A stretch of DNA of 24,000 nucleotides, taken from assembly GCA_036498385.1 (NCBI GenBank), contig DASYFN010000101.1, positions 5,846 to 29,845 of the forward strand, in the 5' to 3' direction. Within the stretch, counting starts at the first letter, position 1. Every line of letters starts with the position of its first letter. The notes beneath the pieces were generated by a model. It was given only the letters and a program-made list of their open reading frames with translations. It searched no databases and was not told where the DNA came from. The position numbers and the translations under genes are program-made. Positions 1 to 6,833 of the stretch are shown in pieces. Source of the DNA: Klebsiella sp. (GTDB lineage Bacteria > Pseudomonadota > Gammaproteobacteria > Enterobacterales > Enterobacteriaceae).

Positions 1-123
1 TTCGACTAAATCGGCAATCACAGGCATATTGTAGCGCTCTTTAAAAGCGACGCCCGCCGCTGCGAGATCGACATTCACCTTGTCCATCTCCTCCTGGGAT
101 ATTTTAGCCAGGTTCTTTTCCAT
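1..123 (-). CDS. holE: DNA polymerase III theta subunit, N-terminal 41 codons only (rest lies outside the window)
   Basis: Reverse translation from the ATG at 123 gives [41 protein letters not shown]. This is near-identical to the remembered E. coli HolE N-terminus ([38 protein letters not shown]...). It is too short for the ORF track. Confidence 0.85.
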   Translation of the reverse strand, partial: MEKNLAKISQEEMDKVNVDLAAAGVAFKERYNMPVIADLVE

Positions 124-249
124 CGGGTTCTCCTCTGATTATGCCGCAGAAAGTACTAAGCACGCGGTAAAAAGGCAAGTCTCAGACGCTTAGCTCGACC
201 GCGCCATTATACAGGGTTATTCTCTGTGCTACATACATAACAAAAAGGA

Positions 250-633
250 ATGACGACAATGCCAATCATCGCCGGACGCGCGCTGCGTCTGTCTCTGTTT
301 TTCGCCGGTTGCCTGAGCGCAGCAGGCGCATTTGCCCACGCCCATTTGCAACAGCAGCTTCCGGCCGCCGGTGCTGAGGTGGAGGCTTCACCGCAGGCGC
401 TGATGCTGAATTTTTCCGAAGGTATTGAAACGCAGTTTAGCGGCATAACCCTGACCGGGCCGCAGCAGAAAACCATCATCCTCGGTAAACCTGTCCGCAG
501 CGACAGCAATAAGGCCCAACTGACAGTACCCGTCGGGCAGGCGTTAACGCCGGGCAAATATAGTGTTGACTGGCACGTGGTCTCCGTAGATGGCCATAAG
601 ACGAAAGGACACTACACCTTTACCGTGAAGTAA
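250..633 (+). CDS. yobA: Periplasmic CopC-family copper-binding protein YobA
   Basis: Track ORF of 127 aa. It has a signal peptide ending AFA followed by HAHL, and the C-terminus DWHVVSVDGHKTKGHYTFTVK matches E. coli YobA. The AAGGA at 244-248 fits the second ATG at 259 better, so the start may be 259. Confidence 0.9.
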   Translation: MTTMPIIAGRALRLSLFFAGCLSAAGAFAHAHLQQQLPAAGAEVEASPQALMLNFSEGIETQFSGITLTGPQQKTIILGKPVRSDSNKAQLTVPVGQALTPGKYSVDWHVVSVDGHKTKGHYTFTVK

Positions 634-637
634 GTCG

Positions 638-1507
638 ATGTTGAGTGGAGTCTATGTCAGCCTACGCTTTATCCATTTCATCTCGCTGATGGTCGCTTTC
701 GGCTGTGTGCTCTACGGCGCATGGTGGGCGCCAGTGAGCTTACGTCGCCTGATGATGCAGCGTTTCTATCCGCTGATACGCCATTTATTGTTGGTGAGTG
801 CGTTGTCAGTGTTGCTGATGCTGATGGTACAGGGCGGATTGATGGGCAGTGGCTGGCCGGATGTGTGGCGGCCGGCCATCTGGCGAGCGGTTATCGGGAC
901 GCAGTTCGGCGGCGTGTGGGTGTGGCAAATTTTGCTGGCCTTTGTGGCGCTGGCGATCGTGTGGTTGAAGCCCCGACACCCGGGACGTTTGCTGCTGGTT
1001 CTCTTTTGCGCTCAGTTGCTGCTGCTGGCAGGCGTTGGACATGCTGCGATGAACGAAGGCTGGTTGGGGATCCTACAGCGGACAAACCATGCTGTTCATC
1101 TGTTTTGCGTGGCTAGCTGGTTTGGCGGTCTGCTGCCGTTTATCTACTGTCTTCGCCTGGCGCATGGTCGCTGGCGGCAGGACGCGATTTACACCATGAT
1201 GCGTTTTTCGCGCTACGGGCATCTGGCCGTGGCCGGAACCATCGCCAGCGGCGTGGTGAATGCACTACTGATTCAGGGCGGGCTTATCAGCACCTCGCCA
1301 TGGGGGCGCATGCTGTTGTTCAAATGTGCGCTGGTGGCAGCAATGGTGGCAATTGCGCTGGTGAACCGGTATGTTCTGGTGCCACACATGTCGGCAGGCG
1401 GAACGCGAGCAAAACAGCTTACCGTGCGAACCACGCAGATAGAGATTGCGTTAGGGGCGCTGGTATTATTTGCCATCAGCCTGTTTGCCACCTGGGAACC
1501 TTACTGA
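638..1507 (+). CDS. yebZ: CopD-family polytopic inner-membrane protein YebZ
   Basis: 289-aa ORF starting 4 nt after the yobA stop. It is very hydrophobic and multi-spanning. Its length and position match E. coli YebZ (about 290 aa). The internal and antisense track ORFs (721..1116, 806..1042 and others) are shadows. Confidence 0.9.
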   Translation: MLSGVYVSLRFIHFISLMVAFGCVLYGAWWAPVSLRRLMMQRFYPLIRHLLLVSALSVLLMLMVQGGLMGSGWPDVWRPAIWRAVIGTQFGGVWVWQILLAFVALAIVWLKPRHPGRLLLVLFCAQLLLLAGVGHAAMNEGWLGILQRTNHAVHLFCVASWFGGLLPFIYCLRLAHGRWRQDAIYTMMRFSRYGHLAVAGTIASGVVNALLIQGGLISTSPWGRMLLFKCALVAAMVAIALVNRYVLVPHMSAGGTRAKQLTVRTTQIEIALGALVLFAISLFATWEPY

Positions 1508-1523
1508 ATAAACGGGTTAAATC

Positions 1524-1862
1524 ATGAAAAAAAGAGTTCTGACAATGTTGTTATTGGCAAGTTCTGGCGCAGCGCTGGCGGCTCCACAGGTGATTACCGT
1601 GAGCCGCTTTGAAGTGGGTAAGAGTCTCTGGGCGTTTAATCGTGAAGAGGTGATGCTGACCTGTCGTCCGGGCAATGCACTGTTCGCCATTAATCCCAGC
1701 ACGCTGGTGCAGTACCCGCTCAATGATGTCGCCGAGCAGCAGATGAAAGACGGTAAAACCAACGCGCAGCCGATTTCTCTGATCCAGATTGACGATCCGC
1801 AGCGGCCAGAACAAAAAATGAGCCTGACACCCTTTATTGAGCGCGCGCAGAAGCTCTGCTGA
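1524..1862 (+). CDS. yebY: Secreted small protein YebY (third gene of the yobA-yebZ-yebY cluster)
   Basis: 112 aa with signal peptide [19 protein letters not shown]. Size and synteny match E. coli YebY (113 aa). A strong terminator follows. Confidence 0.9.
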   Translation: MKKRVLTMLLLASSGAALAAPQVITVSRFEVGKSLWAFNREEVMLTCRPGNALFAINPSTLVQYPLNDVAEQQMKDGKTNAQPISLIQIDDPQRPEQKMSLTPFIERAQKLC

Positions 1863-1892
1863 TTGACGTTTGCATCCTGCTGTATTTACATG

Positions 1893-1933
1893 AAAAAACC
1901 GCCATCCTCCCATGCCGGGAATGGCGGTTTTTT
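1893..1933. terminator. Bidirectional Rho-independent terminator after yebY (probably also ends RyeA)
   Basis: AAAAAACCGCCAT (1893-1905) pairs with ATGGCGGTTTTTT (1921-1933). The A-tract before and T-tract after allow termination in both directions. Confidence 0.7.
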
Positions 1934-2178
1934 GTTGGTACTTGCAATTTTTACACGAATTATTCGTCCACTTTTGTCGCGGACTGGAAAACCTGACACG
2001 GTAAACTATTCTTATAAGGCAAGGCGACTTAGCCTGCATTAATGCCAACTTTTAGCGCACGGCTCTCTCCCAAGAGCCATTTCCCTGGACCGAATACAGG
2101 AATCGTGTTCGGTCTCTTTTTATCTGTCTTTCACCCATAGCAGATTTCATCCTGACATCCCCAACAGCTTTTCGGGGC
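1895..2178 (-). ncRNA. ryeA: RyeA/SraC antisense RNA spanning all of SdsR (boundaries approximate)
   Basis: In E. coli, RyeA is transcribed opposite SdsR and covers it. Here the minus strand has a TATAAG -10 (complement of 2185-2190), and the first minus-strand terminator is the 1893-1933 hairpin. The ends are inferred, not recognised by sequence. Confidence 0.4.
2019..2121 (+). ncRNA. sdsR: SdsR (RyeB), sigma-S-dependent Hfq-binding sRNA
   Basis: GCAAGGCGACTTAGCCTGCATTAATGCCAACTTTTAGCGCACGGCTCTCTCCCAAGAGCCATTTCCCTGGACCGAATACAGGAATCGTGTTCGGTCTCTTTTT is almost base-for-base the remembered E. coli SdsR. It ends in a terminator hairpin plus U-tract. The -10 CTATTCT at 2006-2012, with C at -13, is sigma-S-like. 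Confidence 0.9.
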
Positions 2179-2676
2179 TTTTTTCTTATACCACAACAAT
2201 AATTTCCTAAACATTTTTTTTACAAAAAATCGTCTGCTAACGTTTTTAGTTGCAAGCGGTCATCTGTACGGTATCGCTGTAGGTTCCCGCTTGCTGGTGA
2301 CTCCGGGTCGGTTTGTTAGCGATTGGCTGGCTCACCTACTGCCAGTCATCGACGCTGGCGGGGGAGGTGCAGGCCGCGTTTTTCGTGTAGCGGATGGCAA
2401 ACTGACCGCTGTAGTTGCTAAAACTGGATGGTAACACTGGAGGTGCCGTTCAGCGATGGAGGGGAGAAAACACCTGCACGAAATCAGGCCCATAGTGCAG
2501 ATGAAGTTTACGGGCCAACATCGGAAGCGATTCAATATACATATTTGTATGATAAATTAAATAATAGATAAGAAACAGCTTTAACTTTTTTGGTGGTTAT
2601 TTTTATAACCACTCTATTAGTTATTTCACGGTGAGCGAAGGAGGTGAGCTACAGCATAAAAATAATCTGCAAAGAT

Positions 2677-2820
2677 TTATTCTGGCACCACAAAAGAGGG
2701 ATACGGCCATGTTTCCAGATAGCTCACCAGCAACCCTATTTGTCCACTAAAAATAAACCAGAGAGCAGCGGCCAAAATAATCAACAGGATAGCCAGCAGG
2801 CATAATTCTTTTTTGCTCAT
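2677..2820 (-). CDS. Hypothetical 47-aa single-pass membrane peptide (below the ORF-track size cut-off)
   Basis: Hand translation from the ATG (complement of 2818-2820) gives MSKKELCLLAILLIILAAALWFIFSGQIGLLVSYLETWPYPSFVVPE, with stop TAA at the complement of 2677-2679. The lysine-rich N-terminus followed by one clean TM helix is typical of small membrane proteins. The codons look host-like. It lies 97 nt downstream of the VirK-like stop on the same strand with no strong terminator between. The SD is only weak (GAGTGAAG). Confidence 0.45.
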   Translation of the reverse strand: MSKKELCLLAILLIILAAALWFIFSGQIGLLVSYLETWPYPSFVVPE

Positions 2821-2917
2821 AACTTCACTCGCCGTCCGCAAGGAGTACAACTGAAGCCAGGATAGTCACTAAAGCGCCATTGAAGATGCAAACGGCGTTT
2901 GTGAAACGGCTGGAGAG

Positions 2918-3862
2918 CTAATCCATGAGTATCGCCATCTGAGCGGCCATATCATCCAGCAACTGGAAGCGGCGACGATATTCGGCGCGCTTCTTACTGG
3001 CGATGCTCTCAAGCGTCTTTCTTTCCAGTTGCCGCGGCAAGCGCCAGCGCCAGGCACCGTCGGCAACCCCATCGATAGATTGCCAGAACTCATCATAGCT
3101 GGCGTGAAAATGGCGCCCTTTACTCAGCCGATAGCGCAGCGCGCGAAAGACGTGACCGTTGTCGCTGACCCCGTAAATTTGATGAATGTTGCAACGAGCC
3201 GCCATTAACCAGATAAATTCCATCAGCAGGCGTTTCGGGAACAGGCCGTAACAGGCGCGAGTCGCCCGTTTAATCACTTCATGCGGAATATTGCTGCGTG
3301 GCCCCTGCAGGCCGCCGAGGGTCAACTGCCATTGCTCCTGGTGACGGGTGACGCTAAAGGTCGCGCTGGCAAGCACAATCTCATCGCTATCACGCAGCCA
3401 TAGCGTCGTTTCGCCCTCGCGCTCGGCTTTGCTCGCCGAGGAGGCGGAGAGCGTAAACCGGCTGTCGTCTTTGCCTGTCAGCTCAAGTAGCGGCATATCC
3501 TTCGCGGCGGTCATGGCGCCAGCGAGTCGCGAGCCGCCCAGCGAATCAACAAACTTATAGTGACTGATAATGGCCTGCGAGCGCTGGCTGGCGTTTAAAC
3601 CGCGGGTCAAATACTGGCGATGGACCTTGCCCGGCAGCGTTACCTGAGCGGCCAGCAACTGATTGAAGTCCGCGCGCGCCGCCAGGCTCTCCAGCATGTT
3701 ACGCGTTGGTGCATAAAATAATGCTGTGCGCAGTAAAAACTTAAGTCGGTAATGACGTTTTTGCCAGATGGGGGCGGGAGTGAGGCGGCCCATCACCAGA
3801 TCTGCAATAAGATTTGAGCGTCGCTCAATTACGCTGGCTGAATGCAGGCTATTATCCATCAC
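2918..3862 (-). CDS. VirK/YbjX-family (DUF535) protein
   Basis: 314-aa ORF. It carries motifs I associate with the VirK/YbjX family: CYGLFPKR, GGLQG, SKGRHFHASYDEFW and the C-terminal IASKKRAEYRRR. The track start at 3862 is GTG (8 nt after GAGG); the ATG at 3859 is the alternative. E. coli K-12 has no gene at this position between yebY/sdsR and pphA. Confidence 0.85.
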   Translation of the reverse strand: MMDNSLHSASVIERRSNLIADLVMGRLTPAPIWQKRHYRLKFLLRTALFYAPTRNMLESLAARADFNQLLAAQVTLPGKVHRQYLTRGLNASQRSQAIISHYKFVDSLGGSRLAGAMTAAKDMPLLELTGKDDSRFTLSASSASKAEREGETTLWLRDSDEIVLASATFSVTRHQEQWQLTLGGLQGPRSNIPHEVIKRATRACYGLFPKRLLMEFIWLMAARCNIHQIYGVSDNGHVFRALRYRLSKGRHFHASYDEFWQSIDGVADGAWRWRLPRQLERKTLESIASKKRAEYRRRFQLLDDMAAQMAILMD

Positions 3863-4027
3863 GATGAATACCTCGTTGTTATTTAGCCTCTATTTTATGG
3901 ATATATCATGGGGAGCTTAATGCCCCGTCGGACTATATTTGACTTTCGTTTAACATCGATTGAAGTGTCAATATTACGAGTGTTAAAGGTACAGATCTTT
4001 CCTATAATTATGCCTGGAGGACGAAAT

Positions 4028-4681
4028 ATGTATCAGCGTATTAACGGTTCTGCCTGGCGTAATATCTGGCTGGTTGGCGACCTGCACGGTTGCTTCGCGC
4101 GACTGATGGCGGCCCTTCGTGAGCGCAAGTTTGACCCTTACCAGGATCTGCTTCTTTCGGTGGGCGATTTGATCGACCGTGGGCCGCAAAGCGCGGAGTG
4201 TCTGGATTTACTGCGCTATCGCTGGGTTTACGCGGTACGCGGAAACCATGAACAGATGGCGCTGGAGGCGCTTGCAGGCAGCGACATGAGGCTCTGGGAG
4301 ATGAACGGCGGTGACTGGTATACGCAATGTTCAGAGAACCAGAAACGGCTCCTCGCGGAGCTTATTGCCCGCTGTCGCCACTTGCCGCTGATTATTGAAC
4401 TTCACTGCGGTGAGCAGGTGCACGTGATTGCCCATGCTGATTATCCCGCTGCAGTTTATCGCTGGCAGCACGTTGTAGATGAGCATCAGGTATTGTGGAG
4501 TCGGCAGCGTCTTACCAACCATCTCGCCGGGCACCACGGCGCGATTGCTGGCGCTGACCATTTCTGGTTCGGCCATACACCGCTCAAACGGCGTTACGAC
4601 AGCGATAATCAGCATTATATCGATACGGGGGCCGTATTTGGCGGAGAGCTAACTTTGGTGGCGCTACAGTTGGCAGGCTAA
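4028..4681 (+). CDS. pphA: Serine/threonine phosphoprotein phosphatase 1 (lambda-phosphatase-like PPP family)
   Basis: From the ATG at 4028, with GGAGG at 4016-4020, the protein begins MYQRINGSAWRNIWLVGDLHGC. It contains GDLIDRGP, RGNHE and GHTP metallophosphatase motifs and is collinear with E. coli PphA (218 aa). The 40-codon N-terminal extension in the track ORF has no support. Confidence 0.9.
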   Translation: MYQRINGSAWRNIWLVGDLHGCFARLMAALRERKFDPYQDLLLSVGDLIDRGPQSAECLDLLRYRWVYAVRGNHEQMALEALAGSDMRLWEMNGGDWYTQCSENQKRLLAELIARCRHLPLIIELHCGEQVHVIAHADYPAAVYRWQHVVDEHQVLWSRQRLTNHLAGHHGAIAGADHFWFGHTPLKRRYDSDNQHYIDTGAVFGGELTLVALQLAG

Positions 4682-4869
4682 AAATCACTGTATTCTCGGG
4701 CGGGGAGCCAGAAACTATCGATAAAATCTTCTACCGGAAAGCAGCCACCGTGGCGTATCCGCTGATCGTCCATAGCCGTTGTGCACTGCCGCTCGTTATC
4801 GTAAATATCTACAACGATATCTTCACAGCCGCCGTCCAGGTAACAAATAAACAGCACTAAGGCAAACAT
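4678..4869 (-). CDS. yebW: Small Cys-containing protein YebW
   Basis: The 63-aa product MFALVLFICYLDGGCEDIVVD...GGCFPVEDFIDSFW matches the remembered E. coli YebW (63 aa). Confidence 0.85.
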   Translation of the reverse strand: MFALVLFICYLDGGCEDIVVDIYDNERQCTTAMDDQRIRHGGCFPVEDFIDSFWLPAREYSDF

Positions 4870-4928
4870 CCTGTCCTCATATCCTGAAAAACATATTAAT
4901 AAGTGTAGGAGATGTCAGAAAAGCGGGG

Positions 4929-4958
4929 AAATAAATAACCCGTCTCAGTCGACGGGTT
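4929..4958 (-). terminator. Rho-independent terminator after yebV
   Basis: On the minus strand, AACCCGTC-GACTGA-GACGGGTT is followed by ATTTATTTCC. It lies 9 nt downstream of the yebV stop. Confidence 0.6.
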
Positions 4959-4966
4959 CATTTGAG

Positions 4967-5206
4967 TCAGGCGAGGCGCATGACCCAGGCATCGGACTGG
5001 CGATCGTAGTGCTTACGGTAGAGGACGGAATGTTCACCATCAAGTATGGCGGGTACGCTGGTATCCGCGTCCCATGCATCAAGCTGCATGCATAAATCCG
5101 GATCGGATTTGCAGGGGATGCTTAACGTTCGCTCTCCCTGCTGTTCGCCGTGCAGTTCGGCATCGTCTATTTCAAACGCGCCGATACGTACGCTGGTTTT
5201 ACTCAT
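4967..5206 (-). CDS. yebV: Small protein YebV
   Basis: From the internal ATG (complement of 5204-5206) the product is MSKTSVRIGAFEIDDAELHGE...SDAWVMRLA, 79 aa. It matches E. coli YebV (78 aa). The upstream 49 codons of the track ORF are not conserved in my recollection. Confidence 0.85.
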   Translation of the reverse strand: MSKTSVRIGAFEIDDAELHGEQQGERTLSIPCKSDPDLCMQLDAWDADTSVPAILDGEHSVLYRKHYDRQSDAWVMRLA

Positions 5207-5269
5207 AAATTCACCCCGTTTGTCTGCTGATTTGTGGTACGACCAGTTAAGGCCGACATTTTTCAGCGT

Positions 5270-5291
5270 AGACAAAAGGGCGCAAAGCGCC
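5270..5291 (-). terminator. Short Rho-independent terminator after rsmF
   Basis: On the minus strand, GGCGC-TTT-GCGCC is followed by CTTTTGT. It lies about 30 nt downstream of the rsmF stop. Confidence 0.45.
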
Positions 5292-5321
5292 AGTGAAAAA
5301 ATGCTGTTTTCTGGCACACCA

Positions 5322-6755
5322 TTAAACTTTGCTGCTGAAAAGCTTTCCGTCACGCACCAGTTCGCGGGGGTAGCTATTTTTTAAACGTGATCCGACTTTT
5401 TTCGCCAACCCGAGCGGCGCGCCCTGATAGGTGACAATAGCATCATCCTTCTGCGGCAGCGTTTCAGGGTAGACGTCACGACCGCGATACCACTCTTCCG
5501 CTTCGGCCTGGGTCAGCTCAAAGGGGGCGGCTGGCGCGGCAAGCGCAATCACCGCTTCGTGCTGCCAGCGGTAGCCTTTGTTATGGGTTTCGGCAAGACG
5601 GATCCCGATGCGGGAAAAGCGCACTTTACCGAATAACGCGTCGAGCGCCTGCGGGAATAGCCAGATTTCTTTATCGCGCTGCCAGAGCGTATGGTCGGCG
5701 GTCCACTGCAAACCGACGGCGGCAGCGGCGGTAACGATGGCGGCAGATTCGCGGTTTTTAAGCGGCGTGAAGGGGAATTTCCCCACTCTAAAACCCGGCG
5801 CCGGGAGAGGTTCAATGGCGGCGGTTTTACGCAAACGGGCGACGAAGAAGCCTTCGCAGTCAAAAATCTGGGGAAAAACGTGCAGGAAACCCTCGCTGGT
5901 TAGTGCTTCGCTGGCCTGTGGAAACAGTGAGTCGAGCGGTAACACTTCTACCGCCTGCGGATAGCGCGCTAACAACCCGTTGACCACGTCTTCGTTTTCT
6001 TGCCGGTTCAGGGTGCAGGTGGAGTAGACCAGCGTACCACCGGGGCGAAGGGCGTGAAACGCGCTGTCAATAAGCTCGCGCTGGGTTACTGCGATTTCCG
6101 CGTTGCTTTCCGGCGACCAGTTTTTCAGCGCATCGGGGTCTTTACGTACCACGCCTTCGCCGGAGCAGGGGGCATCGAGCAGGATCGCGTCAAAACACTC
6201 CGGCAGCGCAGCGCCGAATACCCGACCGTCGAAATGGGTCAGCGCCACGTTGCTAATCCCACAGCGGCTGATATTGGCGTGCAGCACTTTAACCCGGCTG
6301 GCGGAATATTCATTTGCCAGAATTCCCCCTTTGTTACCCATGCGCGCGGCGATTTGAGTGGTTTTCGAACCTGGTGCGGCGGCGACATCCATCACCCGTA
6401 GCGGCGTTTCGCCGTCGGCAAACAGCGCGGCGACCGGCAGCATGGAGCTGGCTTCCTGAATGTAAAACAGCCCGCTAAGATGTTCCGCAGTGCTGCCCAG
6501 CGGCAAGGTGTCTTCATCTTCGCGATCGATCCAGAAACCCTCCTCACACCACGGAATTGGCGTTAGCTGCCAGCTATAGGGGGCGACCAGCTGTAAAAAG
6601 TCAGCCACGGTGATTTTCAGCGTATTGACGCGAATGCTTCGCCGCAGTGGGCGTTGGCAGGCGGCGATAAAGTCATCGAAAGAGAGATGCGTCGGCATTG
6701 CCGCACGCATTTGAGCGAGGAATTCTTCAGGGAGATAGACAGCGTTTTGAGCCAC
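5322..6755 (-). CDS. rsmF: 16S rRNA m5C1407 SAM-dependent methyltransferase RsmF (YebU)
   Basis: Collinear with E. coli RsmF (479 aa), including [30 protein letters not shown] and TLVYSTCTL. Homology begins at (V/M)[11 protein letters not shown], which gives a GTG start at 6755. An upstream in-frame ATG at 6797, 5 nt after GGAG, is an alternative. Confidence 0.9.
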   Translation of the reverse strand: MAQNAVYLPEEFLAQMRAAMPTHLSFDDFIAACQRPLRRSIRVNTLKITVADFLQLVAPYSWQLTPIPWCEEGFWIDREDEDTLPLGSTAEHLSGLFYIQEASSMLPVAALFADGETPLRVMDVAAAPGSKTTQIAARMGNKGGILANEYSASRVKVLHANISRCGISNVALTHFDGRVFGAALPECFDAILLDAPCSGEGVVRKDPDALKNWSPESNAEIAVTQRELIDSAFHALRPGGTLVYSTCTLNRQENEDVVNGLLARYPQAVEVLPLDSLFPQASEALTSEGFLHVFPQIFDCEGFFVARLRKTAAIEPLPAPGFRVGKFPFTPLKNRESAAIVTAAAAVGLQWTADHTLWQRDKEIWLFPQALDALFGKVRFSRIGIRLAETHNKGYRWQHEAVIALAAPAAPFELTQAEAEEWYRGRDVYPETLPQKDDAIVTYQGAPLGLAKKVGSRLKNSYPRELVRDGKLFSSKV

Positions 6756-6833
6756 GGTGAGCGCACCACAACGAAAAAAGGGGGCGTAGTTTACCATAAA
6801 GGCTCCGGCGGCGGACACCGGAGCCTGTTATGC

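Noticed and set aside
1330-1337. Chi sites: GCTGGTGG at 1330, 13471 and 21547 on the plus strand; the complement at 14180 and 15512
   Set aside because: This is the normal density of a frequent octamer in enterobacterial core genes, on mixed strands. Nothing suggests special significance.
1551-2048. 165-aa minus-strand ORF
   Set aside because: It lies antisense to yebY and runs through the yebY terminator into the SdsR 5' region. It has no SD and an odd composition. It is a shadow ORF of a well-supported gene.
2332-2535. 67-aa minus-strand track ORF (MNRFRCWPVNFICTMGLISCRCF...)
   Set aside because: It is Cys/Pro/Arg-rich and not protein-like, and it has no SD. The other two frames of the same strand contain the more plausible (but broken) coding remnants reported as a finding.
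2593-2612. Hairpin GTGGTTAT-TTTT-ATAACCAC downstream of the 47-aa ORF
   Set aside because: The stem is AT-rich. The run of T lies on the wrong side for a minus-strand terminator and is only weak on the plus side. I cannot call it a terminator for either strand.
2638-2647. Near-perfect Shine-Dalgarno AAGGAGGTGA on the plus strand
   Set aside because: No ATG, GTG or TTG lies at a usable distance downstream; the next codons are GCT ACA GCA TAA. The only start is the GTG inside the motif itself, at zero spacing. That reading would also be antisense to the 47-aa ORF.
3863-3990. Search for a PhoP box or clear promoter upstream of the VirK-like gene
   Set aside because: On the minus strand I found only TGTTAA-N5-AGTCAA, whose second half-site is poor. 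There is also a perfect TTGACA with no matching -10 at 16-18 nt. The evidence is too weak to report as a regulatory feature.
3908-4027. 40-codon N-terminal extension of pphA in the ORF track
   Set aside because: Homology and the strong GGAGG SD both point to the ATG at 4028. The extension is just open frame through the promoter region.
5207-5353. N-terminal extension of yebV; similar extensions exist for letB (9468-9509) and prc (12101-12148)
   Set aside because: In each case the remembered orthologue starts at the internal Met with a better RBS. The longest-ORF extensions have no support.
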